Part shown: positions 25,373-33,540 of the stretch, in pieces
Layout: the number at the start of each line of letters is the position of its first letter
Numbering within the stretch: position 1 is the first letter of the stretch
IMG/VR virus record: IMGVR_UViG_3300043039_000071
Span: 1 to 39,038 of that record
Length of the DNA stretch: 39,038 bases
Direction: 5' to 3' (one strand)
Origin: a virus
Taxonomy: Duplodnaviria > Caudoviricetes
Program-made: the position numbers and the translations under genes
Notes under the pieces: generated by a model
The model's database searches: none
What the model saw: the letters and a program-made list of their open reading frames with translations, nothing else
What the model was told of the DNA's origin: nothing

Positions 25373-25618
25373 CTATGCAAAGCTAACTGAGAAGTTGCCA
25401 AGCCCTATTCTTTCGCATGTACTAACGATAGCGTCCAAAGACTTAAACACTCTAATTGTCTTGCTGTGCGTTGTGATGAGCGTAACTGGCGTAAGGTTTA
25501 GCTCATTTGTTGATATTGTTATCGTGTAGCCTCCATCACATTTACTAGCAGTCACATCAAACTTAACGTTTATTGATGCAAAAGACTTAACCTGACTTTC
25601 TGTTGAATACATAATCAT
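25373..25618 (-). CDS. hypothetical protein, possible replication-associated DNA-binding
   Basis: RVFKSLDA.....RIG motif, abuts the DUF3987-like gene. Confidence 0.5.
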   Translation of the reverse strand: MIMYSTESQVKSFASINVKFDVTASKCDGGYTITISTNELNLTPVTLITTHSKTIRVFKSLDAIVSTCERIGLGNFSVSFA

Positions 25619-25644
25619 AACCTCTTACGAATCTGGAATTTGTG

Positions 25645-25684
25645 TTGACGAAAACATGTTAATGTAATATCGTTACCCCGTCAA
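25645..25684. promoter_or_regulatory. overlapping divergent promoters, TTGACG-N28-CGTCAA
   Basis: Plus: TTGACG-N17-TATCGT. Minus: TTGACG-N17-TAACAT. Lies at a strand switch. Confidence 0.7.
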
Positions 25685-25702
25685 CAATAAACGGGATTTA
25701 TT

Positions 25703-26758
25703 ATGTACGACATAGAGAAAATCAAATCAATGGCAAGCGGAAGATGGTTAGACATCATAAACGCTTGCGGAATGGATATTCACGGCCAAGCCAACAAGCA
25801 TCAACCTTGCCCGATATGCGCGGATGGTGTTAAGCGATTTCGGTTTGATGATAAGTTCCGCGATGGCAATTGGATATGCAACCACTGCAATTCAGGCGAT
25901 GGCATCGGCTTAATCGACCTATACCTAGGCGGCTTTAAACCTGCCATTGAATTTGTCGCTGGCTATCTTGGAATTTCAGAAGAAACAAACATTGACCAAT
26001 CCGCTATTGACGCGCGCAAAGCTGAAACAGCAGCTAAAAATAAACTACGCGCACAATGTGAGGCTGACCAAAAATTAGCAGCTCAGTCACTCGCCGCTAA
26101 TGGTGCAAGGTTAATTATGCAATATGCAATACCAAATAGCGGGCATCATTATCTAACCAACAAACAAATAGCAGGTAAAACCGCTTGGTATATGCCTAGC
26201 AGGTTTATCATTCCAATCAGTGAAGGCCGTACACTTGATATTATTGGTTCGCTAATTATACCCGTGATTAATGAGCGTAGAGAATTGGTGAACGTTCAGA
26301 TAATTAAACCTGATGGATTTAAAATGTTTTTATTGGACGCACAAATCACTGGTGCATTCCATATGATTGGCTCAGTCGGCGCTGGTGACACGATATTGAT
26401 TGGCGAGGGCTATGCGACCATGGATACAATGCGAGCTGCTACAGGCTATCCTTGCGTGGTAGGATTCAACTCTAACAACCTGCACTCAGTTAGTTTAATC
26501 ATTGATAACCTTTATCCAGCCAACAAAAAGATTATCATTGCGGATAATGACCATCATAACAATCATAAGTCATGCGGTAACGTTGGATTAATTAAAGGAA
26601 TGGCAGCAGCTAAGGCAATCAATAGCGATTTCATATCGCCGCCAGCCATTGAAGGTGTCAGCGACTTCAACGACTACGATGTTAAGTTTGGCCGCATTGA
26701 ATTACTTAATTTACTATTTAAACTTAAACTACTTGACAGCGTGCAAACTAATTATTAG
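25703..26758 (+). CDS. DNA primase (P4 alpha-type Zn ribbon + TOPRIM)
   Basis: HQPCPIC...RFRFDD...WICNHC..GDG, EGYAT, ADND and DFND motifs. Confidence 0.9.
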   Translation: MYDIEKIKSMASGRWLDIINACGMDIHGQANKHQPCPICADGVKRFRFDDKFRDGNWICNHCNSGDGIGLIDLYLGGFKPAIEFVAGYLGISEETNIDQSAIDARKAETAAKNKLRAQCEADQKLAAQSLAANGARLIMQYAIPNSGHHYLTNKQIAGKTAWYMPSRFIIPISEGRTLDIIGSLIIPVINERRELVNVQIIKPDGFKMFLLDAQITGAFHMIGSVGAGDTILIGEGYATMDTMRAATGYPCVVGFNSNNLHSVSLIIDNLYPANKKIIIADNDHHNNHKSCGNVGLIKGMAAAKAINSDFISPPAIEGVSDFNDYDVKFGRIELLNLLFKLKLLDSVQTNY

Positions 26759-26773
26759 TATTTGTATCGTCAA
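26733..26773. promoter_or_regulatory. promoter with TTGACA-N29-CGTCAA palindrome
   Basis: Plus: TTGACA-N17-TAGTAT. Confidence 0.65.
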
Positions 26774-26792
26774 TCAATAATAAGGGTTTATT

Positions 26793-27239
26793 ATGAGACT
26801 AAATAAAAGAAAGGCAAACCGCATCATTGGGATGTTTGCCACAATAAACAAGATGAATATGGATAATGCAATAAAACTTCATACGTTGTCAGATAGATTT
26901 TTCGACTCATCATTTGTTAAGTTTGAGTGCAGACTTAAATACTGCAAAATATGGAAAGACTTTCACTGCGAGCTAACAAGCTTTGAAATGACTTATGGAA
27001 GAAATTATTTTTCAACCAGCGTTAACGCCGCTCCAATTGCGCTTCACTCTGGAGGTGGGTTTAACCCAACTATGATCGAGATATACGATGACCCATGTGG
27101 TTATGATGATTTTGAATATGTGGTGAGATTTGCTAGGGCGGCAATAAAATCCGGTGGCACTGCAAATATGAAGTATGCCACAAAAAAAATACTAGTAGAA
27201 GTTCCAGACTATTTATCATTTGAGGAAAAGCAATCATGA
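26793..27239 (+). CDS. hypothetical protein
   Basis: ORF after promoter, coupled to the next gene. Confidence 0.6.
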   Translation: MRLNKRKANRIIGMFATINKMNMDNAIKLHTLSDRFFDSSFVKFECRLKYCKIWKDFHCELTSFEMTYGRNYFSTSVNAAPIALHSGGGFNPTMIEIYDDPCGYDDFEYVVRFARAAIKSGGTANMKYATKKILVEVPDYLSFEEKQS

Positions 27240-27598
27240 AACTTGAAATCAACAGCTATATGTCAATTGAAATTAGCGAGCCAAACGAGTTGCTGGAATT
27301 GATGAGCGATGATGAGCAGATAGAATTAATCGAATCACTATCTTGCCGAGAATCAGTTATTAAGCATGTAGCAGACCAACTAATTCACGGTTGCACAGAA
27401 AGCGGCAATAGTGGCTGGAAGTCTTACAGCGAATCTCCACAAACAGCAACTCAACTTGCTATCAGATCACTAATTGAAAACATCAGCTCACTTGCTTACC
27501 AAGAAATACAGCGGCTTGAAAGTTTGGTTAAAAGCGAAAAAGAGACTACTAAATATTGGGTTGATAAATTTCACGCAAAAAGTGGAGATAACTACTAA
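27236..27598 (+). CDS. hypothetical protein
   Basis: ATGA-coupled ORF. Confidence 0.6.
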   Translation: MKLEINSYMSIEISEPNELLELMSDDEQIELIESLSCRESVIKHVADQLIHGCTESGNSGWKSYSESPQTATQLAIRSLIENISSLAYQEIQRLESLVKSEKETTKYWVDKFHAKSGDNY

Positions 27599-27918
27599 TG
27601 AAAACAGCAGCAGAAATACTAGCTTGGTGCGTCAATAACAATAACAAAAATGACTTTGCAATTATGGCCGACTTTGCTGGTCATGTTGATATGCTTAGCG
27701 TTTATATTCATGTTGGCGGGTATAAAAAATATAATTCAATACGGTTAGGTCATGCATTTGCATACAACCAAGAAAGTCTTGATTCACTATTCAGCCGCCT
27801 TGAAACGCTAAAATATTACAATGACCAGTCATCACAATGGGCTAATGAATTGGCAGAAAATAACAAGCAGCGTAAAATTGCGGATCTTAAATTACAGCTT
27901 AGTGAGTTGGAGGGTTAG
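27598..27918 (+). CDS. hypothetical protein
   Basis: TAATG-coupled ORF, GGAG RBS. Confidence 0.6.
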   Translation: MKTAAEILAWCVNNNNKNDFAIMADFAGHVDMLSVYIHVGGYKKYNSIRLGHAFAYNQESLDSLFSRLETLKYYNDQSSQWANELAENNKQRKIADLKLQLSELEG

Positions 27919-27921
27919 ATT

Positions 27922-28200
27922 ATGGAAAAGTTTACTAAAGGCGATTGGGTAGCTTTTTACCCGCACGAAGTCTTAAGTGAGGGGTTGATGTCGATAGAGT
28001 CTGATGTCGGTAAGTTAATTTGTAAAGCTGAGGTATACAAGTCAAATATTTCGGAGGCGACAGCCAATGCTCACCTAATCGCAGCAGCTCCAGAAATGTA
28101 CCAATTGCTAAAGCTTATATCTGATTTATCGTTAATAACTGATGACAAAGGATTATCAGATGAAATTGATGATCTACTATCTAAAGCGCGGGGTGAGTAA
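27922..28200 (+). CDS. hypothetical phage protein (ANA.LIAAAPE module)
   Basis: KFTKG.W...ANAHLIAAAPEM...KARGE is a common phage motif. Confidence 0.65.
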   Translation: MEKFTKGDWVAFYPHEVLSEGLMSIESDVGKLICKAEVYKSNISEATANAHLIAAAPEMYQLLKLISDLSLITDDKGLSDEIDDLLSKARGE

Positions 28201-28574
28201 TGACAGATCTAAATTTTGCTATTGAAGCATGTACACTAATTGAAAGTTTCGCGCCAAATCGTGGCTGTCACGTTGCCTTAACTGGAGGATGCCTATATAA
28301 AGGTGGTGTTCGCAAAGATATTGATATTCTTTTTTACAGAGTAAGGCAGATTCCTGAAATTGATTTAATTGGACTGCTGCATGATTTAGAGTCAGCAGGA
28401 TTTAGCAAGCCTGTTGGCTTTGGTTGGTTATACAAGTCGGAATATAAAGGCGTTAATTTTGATATGTTCTTTCCTGAATCATCGGGTGATGAAGAATATG
28501 ATCCAACTGTTGATTATAGAGCTGCCGTAAGCGCAATCACCATGGCACATAACGCAAGGATTCCAATATTATGA
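28200..28574 (+). CDS. minimal Pol-beta-type nucleotidyltransferase-like protein
   Basis: VALTGG...KDIDILF...FDMFF, that is hG[GS]-x-DhD plus a third Asp. Confidence 0.5.
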   Translation: MTDLNFAIEACTLIESFAPNRGCHVALTGGCLYKGGVRKDIDILFYRVRQIPEIDLIGLLHDLESAGFSKPVGFGWLYKSEYKGVNFDMFFPESSGDEEYDPTVDYRAAVSAITMAHNARIPIL

Positions 28575-30397
28575 CCGACATACCAACATTTGGATTAATG
28601 ACGCCTCGCCCGTATCAGTGGGAAGCTATCCAAAATATTAAGCAATTTATTCGTGAGCAATTCGCCAATCACAAAATAGGCAAACAGATTAAGAACGCTA
28701 TTCTTAACGCGTCAGTTAGTAGTGGAAAATCAATGATGATGGGAGCAGTTGCTAATCATTGTATGAATGTTGGCGCACGATGCATGATACTAACTGATGT
28801 TGGTGAGCTAGCAGACCAGAACGGGAAGGAATTGTGGGACATGGACACACCATGCAGCTATTATTCTGCTTACGTTGGCGTGAAGTCCACTTACTACAGC
28901 AATATCTGCGCGACTGTTGGCAGTGTTTTTAATGGACTTGAAAAAGACTTTTATTCACCAGATAAAATACCTCACATATTATTAATTGATGAGTGCCACA
29001 AAGTAGCTTATGAAGATATTGAGGGCGAAAAAACAACACTATTTGCAAAGGTGATCGACCACTTCAAAACGCTTAATCCAAAATTAGTGGTAATTGGTTT
29101 TTCTGGAACTCCCTGGAGGGGTTCATCATCTATTGTTGGCACATTCTGGTCAGAAGAATTAAAGCCAGTAATTGACCGTGAATTTTTAAAGGAAAACGGC
29201 TTCACTGTGCCTGATGTTTTTGGGTTTACGGATCATCAATACGACCTATCAGAATTTAATAATTTTGAAGAGGTCAGCATGACCGACTATTCAAAAGCCG
29301 ATATGGAGCGTATGCAGGCCAAAATGGATTTATCCACTACTCAAGCAATTATGCATGATGTTATGGAACTAACCAAAGACAGAAACGGCGTGCTAGTCAC
29401 ATGCAGCGGATTTAAACACGCAAAAGAAGCCGCCAGCGTGCTTGGTGATATAACTTGGGCGATTGTAACCACTCAGAAAACGGAGACTAATACGGCTTAT
29501 GAAGGCCGGAAGGAGATAGTTGACGCAGTCAAAGATGGTAAGATTAAATATTTATTTCAAATTGGTGTTTTTACCACTGGGTTTAACGCGCCTATTATTG
29601 ACACGTCGGTAATTTTACGGCGCATAGGTAGCATTGTTTTACTTGAGCAGCTACTGGGTCGTGGACGTCGCTTGCCAAAACAATGGATGATTGATGCAGG
29701 TATCAAGAAAGAAGAACACTTAGTTTTAGACTTTAGCGGAACACTTGAGGCAATGGCCGATTTGTTCAATAACCCGACATTCAATGATGCTATGGAAGCC
29801 AAAGACAAAAAGGATAATGCATTTATTTATTGTCCTAAGTGTGACACTGAGTGCGGTGTTCATGCCAGAAAGTGCAAGAGTGATACGTGCGATCACTGGT
29901 TCAAATTCCGAGCATGTGAAGATCTACGCTTAAACAATATCCTAATTGAGAAAGGTTGCGGCCATAAAAATGACATTGCGGCCAAAATATGCGGAAACTG
30001 TAATAAATACTTGATTGATCCAAATGCTAATTTATCACATAAGGCGTACACCGATGCAGATTGGAAGCCAGTATTAAAAATGGAAATAGAAATCATCGGC
30101 GCCAGAAGTGATGCAATCCAGGTTACATATTGGCTTGATTCATTCGGTATCGATGGGCAACAAGAAATTGCCAAGGTTAAGTATTGGGCTATTATGGCAG
30201 GCGGGAAACGTGTTTGGGATAGTAAGTTTGTTAAGCAACACGCAAAACCAGCGTTATGGAAAAAGTTACTTCAAATGACGCCAGCACTATTAATACAGAA
30301 TAAAGATCTATTTATCACACCAAAAATGGCAACTCACCGCATTAATGCAAAAGGTGAATCGATTGTTAATGTTAGCAATAAGAAGGTAGCGGAATAA
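28571..30397 (+). CDS. SF2 ATP-dependent helicase (YejH/RadD-like) with Zn ribbons
   Basis: PRPYQ, SVSSGKS, DECH, SGTP, TTGFN and QLLGRGRR motifs, C-terminal Cys pairs. Confidence 0.9.
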   Translation: MTDIPTFGLMTPRPYQWEAIQNIKQFIREQFANHKIGKQIKNAILNASVSSGKSMMMGAVANHCMNVGARCMILTDVGELADQNGKELWDMDTPCSYYSAYVGVKSTYYSNICATVGSVFNGLEKDFYSPDKIPHILLIDECHKVAYEDIEGEKTTLFAKVIDHFKTLNPKLVVIGFSGTPWRGSSSIVGTFWSEELKPVIDREFLKENGFTVPDVFGFTDHQYDLSEFNNFEEVSMTDYSKADMERMQAKMDLSTTQAIMHDVMELTKDRNGVLVTCSGFKHAKEAASVLGDITWAIVTTQKTETNTAYEGRKEIVDAVKDGKIKYLFQIGVFTTGFNAPIIDTSVILRRIGSIVLLEQLLGRGRRLPKQWMIDAGIKKEEHLVLDFSGTLEAMADLFNNPTFNDAMEAKDKKDNAFIYCPKCDTECGVHARKCKSDTCDHWFKFRACEDLRLNNILIEKGCGHKNDIAAKICGNCNKYLIDPNANLSHKAYTDADWKPVLKMEIEIIGARSDAIQVTYWLDSFGIDGQQEIAKVKYWAIMAGGKRVWDSKFVKQHAKPALWKKLLQMTPALLIQNKDLFITPKMATHRINAKGESIVNVSNKKVAE

Positions 30398-30600
30398 TGA
30401 AATCATCAAAAGTCAGACTTTATTTTAGCCTTAATATTGAATGCCCACACTGCCAGTCAGACATTGACCTAGCTGAAAATGAGGATGATGGAGAATACTC
30501 TACTCCTATATTTACCAATAAGTGGAATGATCTTAAAGGTGAATTAGTTTGCTGTCCTAAGTGCGAAAAAGAATTCTCTATTGATGAGGTTGAATACTAA
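30397..30600 (+). CDS. small Zn-ribbon protein
   Basis: CPHC...CPKC. Confidence 0.65.
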   Translation: MKSSKVRLYFSLNIECPHCQSDIDLAENEDDGEYSTPIFTNKWNDLKGELVCCPKCEKEFSIDEVEY

Positions 30601-31025
30601 TGAAAGTAACAATAGCAAAAAACCGCGCTGGCATTATCACGTATAAGCCAGCGAAGAAGCAACCTAAGCGCCTAGAATCATTAGAGCAGCAAGACCTTAA
30701 TTCTCACTGTGCTTTACTTTGGCCAGAAGAATATAAATCAATGTTTGCTGTTGCTAATGAATCTGGCGGCAGTGGTTCCAAACGATACGGCGCAGCATTG
30801 AACCGTAGAGGTCGAAAAAAAGGCGTTCCTGACTGGCATGTTATGATCCCACGAAATGATTATCACGGCCTTTACGTTGAACTTAAGCAGGCCAATACAG
30901 GCTCGGTCAGTAAAGAACAAAAAGAGTTTTTACTACATCAGCAATCACTCGGATATAAATGCGTTGTTGCCTATGGATTTCGCGCTGCACTTGAGGCAAT
31001 AAAAGATTACCTTAATAATGCTTGA
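30600..31025 (+). CDS. VRR-NUC domain endonuclease
   Basis: GVPD, YVELK and S.EQKEF motifs. Confidence 0.85.
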   Translation: MKVTIAKNRAGIITYKPAKKQPKRLESLEQQDLNSHCALLWPEEYKSMFAVANESGGSGSKRYGAALNRRGRKKGVPDWHVMIPRNDYHGLYVELKQANTGSVSKEQKEFLLHQQSLGYKCVVAYGFRAALEAIKDYLNNA

Positions 31026-31062
31026 CAATTATATCGATATTAATCAATAATACCTCTGTCAA
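31022..31062. promoter_or_regulatory. promoter with TTGACA-N29-TGTCAA palindrome
   Basis: Upstream of the GAGGT RBS of 31084. The -10 is less clear (AATAAT). Confidence 0.6.
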
Positions 31063-31083
31063 CTAAACAGAGGTATTTTTGCT

Positions 31084-31305
31084 ATGAACACCAATCAATC
31101 TAAGCGTAAGAAAGAGTTTAGCCGTAAAGTGGATTGCACAAAATTTGATGCGCATCTTAAACTAAGAGAAGTTATTAGGCATAGCGATTTTAATGCATTC
31201 TACAGCGAGCTTACTGGAAGAATAAGCCACATTTATTGCCGCACAAATTACACCGACAACACGCAATTTTTCGGCGAAGATTATCAAACGGAGAAACAAT
31301 TATGA
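31084..31305 (+). CDS. hypothetical protein
   Basis: GAGGT RBS after the promoter. Confidence 0.6.
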   Translation: MNTNQSKRKKEFSRKVDCTKFDAHLKLREVIRHSDFNAFYSELTGRISHIYCRTNYTDNTQFFGEDYQTEKQL

Positions 31306-31565
31306 AAAACTCAGATAAGCCAGCGGCACCATTCAAAGAAGTTATAAGCATGCAGGGTGGAGCCGTAACAAGGTACGACAACCACAAAGGATTAACGAAG
31401 CGCGAACACTTTGCAGCTATGGCTATGCAGGGATTTTTATCGAATAGCTCTTGGTTAATGCCTTTGATGCAAAAAGCTAACGGCGACCCTGTGATAGTTA
31501 GCTGTGCAGTAAAAGAGCTTTCATATCAATTAGCAGATAAAATGCTTGAGGAGAAACAATCATGA
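31302..31565 (+). CDS. hypothetical phage protein (GLTKREHFAAMAMQG module)
   Basis: Start re-called to ATG 31302 (GGAG RBS), widespread phage motif. Confidence 0.7.
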   Translation: MKNSDKPAAPFKEVISMQGGAVTRYDNHKGLTKREHFAAMAMQGFLSNSSWLMPLMQKANGDPVIVSCAVKELSYQLADKMLEEKQS

Positions 31566-32548
31566 TCCAGCAAATCAGAAACATCAAAAAATACAATGCC
31601 GACGAGCTGTCAAACGAGGCTTACCATGCACACGAGTACATTAGCGGTTCATCACTAGTCACTATCTTTTTCGACTGTTTAGCGGCTTGGAAATTTGGCG
31701 ACAAGTCAGAGTCGGCCGCATTGCACTTCGGGATTGCATCACACGCTGCATTACTTGAGCCTGAAAAATTCGAGCGTGAATTTCAGTGCGACATCAATAA
31801 AAATGACGATAGTGTTATTACCAGCGATGCAGCATTGAAAGCCTGGTTCAAAGTGCGCGGCGTTCCAATTAAATCAACCGCATCATTCTCGGATATGATT
31901 TATCAAATGCTGCAAACTGGAGAATATCCAACAGTGCTAAAGCTTGAATCAATGATTCTAGAATCAGAGTGCAAGTTTGCTGGCAAGACTATTGTTAAAT
32001 ACGATGACTATCAAACTATCATGCAGATGCGTGAAGTGATATTCAATGACAGCGATTTACAAGCTGCACTAAAAGATAGTCGTGTTGAGATGTCGATTAT
32101 CTGTGAAGTGATGATTGATGATATTTGGTATGGCATTAAAATCCGCCCTGATATTGTTACGGGTGATCGCGCCGTACCTGACTACAAAACTACCGCCGAC
32201 ATGAACCCTGAAAAGTTTGCTAATACCGCGCACAATAACGGCTATTGGCTTAAAATGGCATTGCAGAAAGACGTATTAGAAGCAGTATTTAAAAAAGAGT
32301 TTCGACCAGCTTTATTGGCTCAAGGTAAAACAAAGCCATATATCCCGCAGTGGTATTGGCTTACCAATGAACAATTAGAAGTAGGCCGCGATCAATATCA
32401 ATATGCGCTTAGTCAGTATAAAAAAAGCAGTGATGCAAATGTATGGCCTGCATATTTTAATGGCTTTGTTGATTTACCAACGCCAGCATATTTAGCAAAC
32501 AGATATGAGTTTGAAGATAACTCTATGACAATTATTGAGGAAGAATAA
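31562..32548 (+). CDS. RecE/exonuclease VIII-like PD-(D/E)XK nuclease (DUF3799)
   Basis: YHA...S.S, FG...HA.LLEP..F, KIRPD, DYKTT and Y..MA motifs. Confidence 0.85.
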   Translation: MIQQIRNIKKYNADELSNEAYHAHEYISGSSLVTIFFDCLAAWKFGDKSESAALHFGIASHAALLEPEKFEREFQCDINKNDDSVITSDAALKAWFKVRGVPIKSTASFSDMIYQMLQTGEYPTVLKLESMILESECKFAGKTIVKYDDYQTIMQMREVIFNDSDLQAALKDSRVEMSIICEVMIDDIWYGIKIRPDIVTGDRAVPDYKTTADMNPEKFANTAHNNGYWLKMALQKDVLEAVFKKEFRPALLAQGKTKPYIPQWYWLTNEQLEVGRDQYQYALSQYKKSSDANVWPAYFNGFVDLPTPAYLANRYEFEDNSMTIIEEE

Positions 32549-32550
32549 CC

Positions 32551-33216
32551 ATGAATGACATTACAAACCTAAGTGACACAATTCTAGCCAAGTCAGATCG
32601 CCTGAATGCAGAAGATTTATTGGCAGGATCATTAACTATCACTGTGACGAATGTTGTCAGATACAAGGCGTCAAACGGAGATAACGCCTTTTATTTAAAT
32701 TATCACAATGACGGTGGCAGGCCGTTCTACCCTTGTAAGACAATGAGAAAGGTAATAACAACTGGCTGGGGCGAAGATGGTAACGCATACATTGGCCGCT
32801 CAATGGTTTTGTTTTGCGAACATACAGTTAAGTGGGGTGGTGCTGCTGTTGGCGGCGTTCGTATCAGCCATTTATCACACATTCAAAAGCGTTTGATATT
32901 ATCATTGTCTGAAACGCGCGGAAAAAAGAAGCAGCACACGATCAACATTTTGCAGGAAAATTATTATCCTGATGAAGTGTTTAATAATAACTTTGACGCA
33001 ATGGCAGCTAGTATTGCATCAGGGAAAGATACCGTTGCTCAAATTATTACTAAATGCAGTGCTAAAGGTGCGCTAACCGATAATCAACTTAATGCGCTTA
33101 ACTCGCTTGGCGTTAGCAATGAGCAGGTTAAAGGATTTACTCCTGCGCAAGAACAAGTACAGCAAAATGATTATTTACCGCCAGACGAAGAGCAATTTAA
33201 CGAGGGCAATTTTTAA
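32551..33216 (+). CDS. putative recombination / ssDNA-binding partner of the exonuclease
   Basis: Directly follows the RecE-like gene. SDRLNAEDL...PCKTMR...WG.D...VGGVRISH, acidic C-terminus ending in F. Confidence 0.55.
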   Translation: MNDITNLSDTILAKSDRLNAEDLLAGSLTITVTNVVRYKASNGDNAFYLNYHNDGGRPFYPCKTMRKVITTGWGEDGNAYIGRSMVLFCEHTVKWGGAAVGGVRISHLSHIQKRLILSLSETRGKKKQHTINILQENYYPDEVFNNNFDAMAASIASGKDTVAQIITKCSAKGALTDNQLNALNSLGVSNEQVKGFTPAQEQVQQNDYLPPDEEQFNEGNF

Positions 33217-33353
33217 TGAATAATTCACCCGAATTTGAACAAGGCATTCGCGCTAAATTGAATCGTGAAACTGAATTTGACAATCCATATCGTGACAATG
33301 GAACATCTGAGAAGTTTCAAGATTGGCTTGACGGCTGGATGTTTGTTGATTAA
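33216..33353 (+). CDS. Rmf/CrpP-fold-like small protein (45 aa)
   Basis: Not in ORF track. TAATG coupling, MNNSPEFEQGIRA...NPY...DWLDGW resembles the RMF pattern G..A...PY...WL.GW. Confidence 0.55.
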   Translation: MNNSPEFEQGIRAKLNRETEFDNPYRDNGTSEKFQDWLDGWMFVD

Positions 33354-33370
33354 TTGATTAATGGCAAAAG

Positions 33371-33393
33371 AAAGCCACCTAGTTGGTGGCTTT
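33371..33393. terminator. bidirectional terminator
   Basis: AAAGCCACC-TAGTT-GGTGGCTTT between convergent blocks. Confidence 0.8.
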
Positions 33394-33415
33394 AACTTAG
33401 TGCTAAGTAAGGTTG

Positions 33416-33529
33416 TTATGAATATCTGCAAGGTGAAATTACACATATCAACTCGGAATCGTTATCGCTGTATCGGTTCATTTATGCTAGCGTTACTTTT
33501 ACGCGCCGTTTAAACTCGCTGTATTTCAT
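33416..33529 (-). pseudogene. remnant of an endolysin N-terminus
   Basis: MKYSEFKRRVKVTLA*MNRYSDNDSELICVI aligns with IKRTLTKMNRYSDAANTVLLMI of 9543-9986. Confidence 0.55.
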
Positions 33530-33540
33530 ATTTACATCTA

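Noticed and set aside
29008-30920. Minus-strand and alternate-frame ORFs inside the helicase and VRR-NUC genes
   Set aside because: Shadow ORFs of well-supported genes.
33225-33446. 73-aa minus-strand ORF
   Set aside because: Crosses the bidirectional terminator and is antisense to the better-supported Rmf-like ORF.
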